DNA of 56,553 nucleotides, counting the filler, from Circinaria calcarea (taxonomy: Eukaryota): NCBI GenBank assembly GCA_051942165.1. It is 3 parts of 3 records of this genome, joined end to end, with 100 filler letters (N's around TTAATTAATTAA, not from the genome) between each part and the next. Parts side by side here need not be neighbours in the genome. Positions count along the whole stretch, not along the records: positions 37,771 to 56,553 come from JAVECS010000226.1; 2 more parts are not named here. One strand, given 5' to 3'. Positions 49,501 to 56,553 of the stretch are shown piece after piece. The position numbers and the translations under genes were made by a program. Numbering within the stretch: position 1 is the stretch's first letter; each line of letters starts with the position of its first letter. Under the pieces are notes generated by a model, which was not told the origin of the DNA, ran no database searches, and saw only the letters and a list, made by a program, of their open reading frames with translations.

Positions 49501-52500
49501 GTTTTTCCGACAGTCAAGACAATTGTTATACGATAGCCCTCCCACTTGATCAACTGACCGGTCACATGCGTTGTTGGCTGGGAGGCCGATTTACCTAGAT
49601 TGGAAACTTGAAGAGCACGTCGACATGGAGCGGCTCATGCACCTATCCCTAGGTTGTACGAAATCATATTAGCTTGGATCCGCGTTGCGTTCTCCTTGAA
49701 CTGCTGATACAAAGATGCAAAAAAGACTCACCCGATTCCATTTTTATCGCCGGGGATAAGGTCATGCGAAGAGCACATACAAACCCTTGGTAGATAGGCT
49801 ATGCCAACGTTTCAGCTGTGTCTCAGAGCCTCTACGCTCTCAGAACTTAAGAAACGGTTAGACCTTCGGTTGAGATCAATCCGCTATCATCACGCTTTAT
49901 AAAACAAGTCAAGGAGTGTAGACGGGCTCTCAGGGCTTTGAATATGCTCGATGAAAGTAAACACGGTTTCAAATGAGGATAAAGGGCGGATGGCTAGAGA
50001 TAACTCGAAAGAGAAGACAAGTTTCTTGCAACAGAGCAGATAATGTGGTCTCAAGTCCAGTCAGGCCTCCAAACCTGTCGAAAGCTATGTTGTATATTGC
50101 CCTGTTAGCATGCTGTCACTGCCATCGTCGAAAAGAGGATGGAAAACAGCAGCAGCCAGCGCCATTTAATCTTTGAGATGCTATCAGTTGGCTAAGAGCA
50201 ACTATACATTGGAAGTTGACTCGAGGCCATCTCAATATATCGCGAAACGCTCCTTCCATGCTTGCTTCATTGGCGCAGGGAAGGTATTCAGCTGAGACGT
50301 TGATTTTAAGATGTGCTTGATACCGCCTTATATATAAAATGCTGCAACCCGGATTCTCTTTCGTTGGAATCCAGAAGGCAATCAGTCTTGCAAGGGAATC
50401 AAGCTTGCAGAGATCTCCCCAACGCAACGGAAACTAGACAGCTTCCCGGACTGAGTCTTGAGGTCGTTGCTGCTGATACAATGCCAACTGATAGCCAGGC
50501 TCCAAACCAACAGTAAAAGAGGGAGGGGGGCCCCCGAGGATAGCGTTTGGTGCGTGCAGAGTTAAAGAAATAAAGGACAAGGGGAAGCGCTAATTCTTAG
50601 CGCGCCAAATGCTTCTTTTTCCCTCGAATGGCGGGGATACCCCTTCTCTAAAGGCGCTTTATATTTCTTAAGTATGTGCACCTCCTGCTCCTTGCGTGTT
50701 CGCTGACAGCTCCGAACCCACCGACTCGAGCAAGAGGGCCGTGCCAAGCCCAAGGCCCTCAAGGAGAAAAAGGTTAGGGCCTTGGAGCGTATTGCCCTAG
50801 CTAGTGAGCGGCAGGTGAAGATAGCGCTTCAAGTTGTAAGTGCACTGGCTCCTCGCACCTACTGTTAACTAGCTGTCGTCTACTATTTATGTATGCCGAG
50901 TACAGTTTAGCCTCAATATGGGCGTATCTATCATAGAATCTTATAAGTTTCTTTCTATACTAGTTGCTCAAGAGATACGATAAGTTTATTTAACTTGGCA
51001 GCAGTTTCACTTTCAAAAAATGCAAGAGCGTTAATCGACCTATGAGTTTTATTTTTGTTTATCTAAACTTTACTAACGTGTGTCGGCTAAGCTATCGAAG
51101 CCCCAGTTACTCCCATAACCTCAAGTTTATATTATATTACTTCCGACGCTGCCCTCGACACCCTACGTTGGCCCTCCCTGTCACATCAGACCGATGATGA
51201 AAATGAAAAGGAGAAACACTTTGTCCCGGATACTATCAAAGATCTTTGCCGATATTGTCTACGCTCTTATAACAATTATAAGAGCGAAAGATTAAGTTGG
51301 AAACCAGTTAAGTTTCTTTCTACTGGGAACATCCTTAAAAAACCAATTACCCTGACTCTTGTACCAACCTTACTTATATCAGGGTGAAAGCTAATAGTGT
51401 ATATCTCTAAATTTCTTACAATCAACAGAGAGCGGAAGAGTGCAGCAAGGATACAAAAGCACGAGGAGAAGGTGGCTACGAAAATGATACAAAGAAAGTT
51501 GGAAAGGAATCAGGCAATACAAAAAAGCTGCTGAATATTTATTAATAATTAGGTGTCTTGTAAGTTTTGAGGGAAAACTTTTTACCTTTTTCGCATCGAT
51601 GTTTCGATCTCTATAACATCATGGAGGAACTTCTCACCTGGAATTCACTTCACATTGACTCTCATCACAGCCCACCACGCCTTCGAACTCGAAGCATCAG
51701 GATATCAATTTTAAACCTCAAATACCGTTACAACTTATTATATGGAAAAATTCGAGGCATTCGACTATTCGGTTCAGTCGGTTAGCGACAGCAATGCTTT
51801 CAAAGGCGGCGGCATACCACCATCTCCTTTTCCATATCCATCATCTCTTTCACCATTATCGCCAACAGTAGTTCCCGGAGCATAGTACCCTTATGGGAAC
51901 GACAACAAAGCTATTCTGCATAAATTCTTGGTCTTAGTAGCTACACACTTTAGCACCGCTTCGATAGAAATAAAGGGTTTCGAAAGGAAAAAGAACATCA
52001 CATTGGTCAGGAGCAGCGCAACATATTGATATATAAACCGTATATTGCAATCAGTCGCTCCAACATCGTACCCCTAAAGGGGAATAAGGATAGGCGTTGA
52101 AGCATGTCTCAAGACCAACCAACGGCTTCCGGACCACTACAAAACGTTGTGTCAAAGAAAAGTACATATTATAATGAAAAGGAAAGGGCCGATTTTGGCC
52201 TCTTAAACGGCGAGCATTCAGTGATTGCTCAGTCTACAATATGGGTCTTCGAGACTCAGCGACAGGAAGAAGAGAGGAAATTGGCCGCGGAAACTCTGTG
52301 GAGTTGGAGGAGAGGGCAGCAACAACACCAAAGTAGAGATTAGCTGAACGCAGTGACGCTCGAAATAAAAATTATCACCACTGCCAGAGAATACCTCGAC
52401 ACAGCCATACACTGGCTTTAAGTACGAGAGATTCATATACCGTAAAGCCAAGTACCTTAACGAAATGGATATTCCCGGAAGAAAATAAAATTCCTTCATG

Positions 52501-52882
52501 CACTTTTGTCACTTACCGCAGTGCCTTTTAATGCAAACGGGAGCAATCCACCGAGAGAACGAAAACAGCTTAGTCAAGGAGGACGGCTTATAACTATTAC
52601 AGGCTGAACAATAACCTGAGAAGAAAATATCTGAAACTGGGTTTTGGCACACTGATCAAAAAAGCTTCCTCAAGGGCCAGCAGTTTGTCACACCATCGAG
52701 TGTCGAAGGAACTGGAGAATTTAGGGTGGTCGCGTGGTGATTAAGTGGACAGGGGACAAATCTGTATACAACTAGCTCCCAGCCATAAGAAACTCATGTC
52801 AACACTGGATAAGTTAGCCTAAGGCATTAGGGGAAAGTATGAACGTTAATGGCAAAACGATGGGGAAGAATTCAAAAGAGGA

Positions 52883-53167
52883 GTGCCAGACGAATATGAG
52901 GAAAGGAAGAAAAAAGCAAGGAGGCCAGGATATCATCCAGAAGTTACGAGACGACATCCTCTTGCTCCCACGGGTTGCCGTGTCCAAACTATCATCTCTC
53001 CACAGGTTCACCGCTTTTTTAAATCCCCTTGTATCCCGCCATGGGTCAAGCAAGTTATTGGAAGGATCCACCGGTTCGGAAATCCGTTATCATGGGTATA
53101 CATTTACGAGATTTATTTCTGCTTAAATCCTTCAATTCAGTCAAACCTTTGCCATGCCACCGAATAA
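52883..53167 (+). pseudogene. Possible relic of an SF2/SNF2-type helicase C-terminal domain
   Basis: QVIGRIHRFGNP..VYIYEIY (motif at 53051-53080) resembles helicase motif VI QxxGRxHRxG; surrounding frames are stop-ridden. Confidence 0.45.
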
Positions 53168-53929
53168 GGGTGTTTAATCTCAGTTCACCACATTGCTGCG
53201 TATAGGTATGAGACTTATCTCTTCTTTTGTCAAGGTGTAATTAGAAATAATATCCTAACCCTCATCTCTCCTTATTACAAAGTGCATAAGATGATTAAGT
53301 AACGATGAGTGGAAGAGAATATGAGGAAAGGATCCATTGGACAAGACGAAGCGGAAAGTCCTCGGCAAATAGGGAAAGCGTCCTTCTACCTATCCATAAT
53401 CTTCAGCGCAAAGACCGTCCCCGATCTATTAAGAAACGTACAACGAACCAATAAAAACCGTCTCATAATATCCAGTGGACCACACAAGCAAGAATCAGGG
53501 TTTTACAGTTGCAGAACTCTATCCAGCCTCGAAGCAAAGTGATTCCGGCGCAATGATTTTGTTTCCAGGAGGAAAATGCATGTTAGAAAAGATCTCCTTG
53601 CCTCTCATTCACCCAGTTAGCAAAGGATAACAGCCATGAAATCGTCAACCCCAAAGCCCACAGAAACAAACAGATGCACCGATTGTTTCCTCCCAAGTGA
53701 CAGGAGGCACCAACACCGTTTCCATACCGCTAACATAGCCGTCTGTAGCTGTGAATACCTTTACACCTTGTGGCGAAAGGCCCTTAAAACTTTCACAAAG
53801 CTAAACTAGAATTTCCAACCTTGGAGGACATCGACGTTACGTACCACAAAAGACATAAATGTTTACCAGGTAAACTAAGATACCGGCTACGGAGGGTATA
53901 GGCAGTGGCAGGAGAAAAAGGAAAGATCT

Positions 53930-54055
53930 GCTACCCCAACCCCCTCAATTTAGGCAATTTCAGGTAGCACAACGAGTGCCTCCACCAGAACCGCTACCAT
54001 AACCCCCTCAATTTGGGCCATTTGAAGTGACACAACAGGTACCTCCACCAAGACC
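53930..54055 (+). repeat. Two-copy 63-bp tandem repeat encoding a Pro/Gln-rich 21-aa unit
   Basis: GCTACCCCAACCCCCTCAATTTAGG...CCTCCACCAGAACC followed by GCTACCATAACCCCCTCAATTTGGG...CCTCCACCAAGACC. Confidence 0.8.
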
Positions 54056-55987
54056 GCCTCCGCCAAGACCGCCACCAGGACTGCATTGCAGCGACTCTGC
54101 TTTTGCACTGCTTTTACACTGCTTAGTCCACTGCGTCTTGTCCGCTATTCATCTGGCGCGTCTCTTGGGCCAACTTTTCGTACTTGTCGGATTCCTCTCA
54201 TTATGATGGGAGTTGCCACAGACTTTGAGCGGCCGGGCAAAGGAGTTTCAACGGAAACAAAGAAAAGGGATGATGACACTTCCCATAACCGACCTCTGGG
54301 ACCGCCAGATCGGTGCGACCCTTTGCTCCTCCTGTGCTCGCTACGCACTCAAGCACCAAACTTGTTTTTCCGACGGAGGGAGACGGGGTGCCATACAGGT
54401 TGAAATACAGGAAAGCTCCACCATCGAGTTGTATGCAAGGTTGGAGGGGTATGGAATGCCGGAGGCGACCCTCTACCATCAAGCGACGTCTCTGAGGAGG
54501 GAGGGACCGATCTTATCTATCCGCAGATTCGCAGCCATTCTTCAACCCTTCTTCAGCACGTACCCCTTGTACATTCGACGGGTAATCAGGGAAAGCACTT
54601 GCAGTGCCCCGTCTCTCGTCCTATTGAAAACGGGGCTTTTTGATGCTCAGCACCTTACTCTAAAGAACTTTCAATTCGCTATATACAATCTACAGCCATA
54701 GATACATGTCAACCCTGATCCCGATCAAGCTGTAAAGGACTTTGACGGGTTCGAATCGGAACTGCAAGTTATAGAGCAAAGAGAGAGAATCTATTATGGG
54801 CTAGCAGCCGGAATCTAGTCTCTCCTGCAGAGACGACGAGATAAGGTGTACTGACAGTTCTTTGGAGCTGGCGCGGAGCTGGACCGTTGCGGGTAAGTTA
54901 CTTGTATAATGAAATGCAGGATAGAGGTTAATGGATCTGGGATAGCCTTGAAAGCTCCCAGCAACCAATAGCAGACCTACAGTCAAAGGTCCTCGCGACC
55001 AGGTCTCCACAAACTTGCGCTTGGAACACAACCCTTGTGGCGGTTAGGAGCAGCCTCCTCATAAGCTAGTGGCTCGAATCAGGAACACTCTGCACTTGGG
55101 CGAGACACCGCTACCTAAAGCCTCTCCATACCCAGTTTTCCCCACTCAAACTCGCTCAACTCGTTTAACTCTACCGTTCACACATCGCCCATGTCTCACG
55201 GCCAAAGTCCTTTCTTACCACACTTCGAAGCTCTTCTACTCTGAGCAATATGGTCGATAGCCAGGTGCGATCGAAGGACCCTCTCTGCTTGGAAACGCTC
55301 CCCTTGAACAGTCATACTGGCATTCGATAGCGCAAGTCATGTCCCAGCGAACAAAATTAACTCCCTCACGAAATATACTTTGCGCCAGTCACAATGAAGA
55401 GGATCGGACAGCCTCGGCAGAATAGGTACTTGAGAAGCTTTGACGGGAAGGAGAACAGTTTGGGATACTAGTGGATAGGGGCTATCATACACTCTTGGGA
55501 TACCAGAGATGTACGCTGTGGAAAATGGACCTAGATCTAAGCTATGATGGATAGAGATCTTCTACTAATAGAATTTGCTGATGTGTATATATGAAAGTCG
55601 ATAGAAACCAGTATTAGCTGGGAAAGCTCAGCATGCGAAAAGGGGGAAGCACGTGCTGAGTGTGTCTCAATTTGATGTAGTAAAATTAATATAGGGCTTA
55701 GCTTCCCATATGAACACAAACCTGATGATTCGGAAAAACTTTTCATCGGGACCTGCGAACATTGAAGCACGCGAACAATCCTTGCATTGTTTACGGGGTA
55801 CAGGATGAAATTCCCGTTGCTAGGCTACGGCCTTCTCACCATTAAGAAGAGTAAGTAAATTCACACCCATCGCTGTATTGCAAATTTGAGGCCAGGAAGC
55901 TGGAGGGTGGAAATAAGCCGCAAATTACAAGAGGATAAGAAGCTAATAAACCTATTTGTCGTAGCACTTTCGGACTTGAAGAAGAAG

Positions 55988-56553
55988 ATGAAGGCCAAAA
56001 CATATGGCAAAAAGGGCCAGGGACCCCCAATTGCGGAGTTCGAAGTCTTGGCGCTGGAATCGCCACCAAGAGGTACGCTTTCTATATGACACACTTAAGG
56101 TCTTGACTGATTCCTCTGAACCAGATTCAGACGGCAGAGCGGCCAAGCAGGCCGGCGAGATTGATGCCCTCGCCCGGCGACCTCTCATAGAGAGGTCGAG
56201 CAACATCAACGAGGCAGCGCGCAAGCGCAAAAGTCGCAAGCGAACGGCCCCGGCTAAAGTAACTGAAGCAGCCCTGCCTCCTCTACCGGGCCCAAAGTTC
56301 GCCAGGCACCCAGCATGCATCGATGCAGAGGTAGCAGCTTATACCAGCTCGCTTACCGCCCTAGTTGGACCCATCGAAGACTTTCAGCAGTGGACCGATG
56401 AACGTGCAAAAGGACTCAAGCTCCGAAAGGTCGGTGAAGGCTCCTATGGCGAAGTGTACCGTGCTACAGCTCCCTCCGGTGAATCCGTGATCTTCAAGCT
56501 TGTACCGTTGAGAGCAAGGAAAGGTCCGGGATCGAAATCGCACACTGCCATCA
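55988..56553 (+). CDS. Protein kinase 5' part, probably haspin-like; runs off the window
   Basis: MKAKTYGKK..SPPR, intron 56073-56124, then an open frame to the window end: EDFQQW...LRKVGEGSYGEVYRAT...SVIFKLVPLRARKGPGSK (glycine loop and beta-3 lysine). Confidence 0.8.

Noticed and set aside
54745..54765. GGTTCGAATC T-loop-like motif
   Set aside because: No flanking stems or cloverleaf; no tRNA, rRNA or CRISPR array was seen in the window.
29900..55900. Starship giant transposon
   Set aside because: No DUF3435 tyrosine-recombinase captain or boundary motif recognised, and core genes interrupt the region.

Overview
Intron-containing filamentous-ascomycete (Pezizomycotina-type) genomic DNA. 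Three contigs are joined by two artificial 100-bp linkers (44 N + TTAATTAATTAA + 44 N, at 18787-18886 and 37671-37770), so adjacency across those points is not proven. Conserved genes recognised from motifs: a membrane-anchored, probably catalytically dead aspartic-protease homologue; SFB3/LST1 (Sec24 family); an AT-hook/Zn2Cys6 transcription factor; UTP15; a DUF3253-like small protein; a 2OG-Fe(II) oxygenase; SEC16 head-to-head with NEO1; ATG17 head-to-head with sconB/MET30; and the 5' end of a haspin-like kinase that the ORF track misses. A decayed short-chain dehydrogenase pseudogene lies at about 13.5-14.3 kb, and 47-55.9 kb is gene-poor with degenerate coding/TE-like relics. The most unusual part is an accessory block at about 29.9-39.4 kb. 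It holds three copies of a ~170-bp degenerate repeat, two of which bracket, in inverted orientation, a 600-aa orphan gene with a HEPN-like LYxxLSxxIH motif. Next come two genes with HeLo-like (fungal STAND N-terminal) domains but no NACHT/NB-ARC: one fused to ankyrin-like repeats plus a C-terminal hydrophobic segment, the other fused to a Ste50-type Ras-association domain. All family assignments are by eye; no database searches were run.
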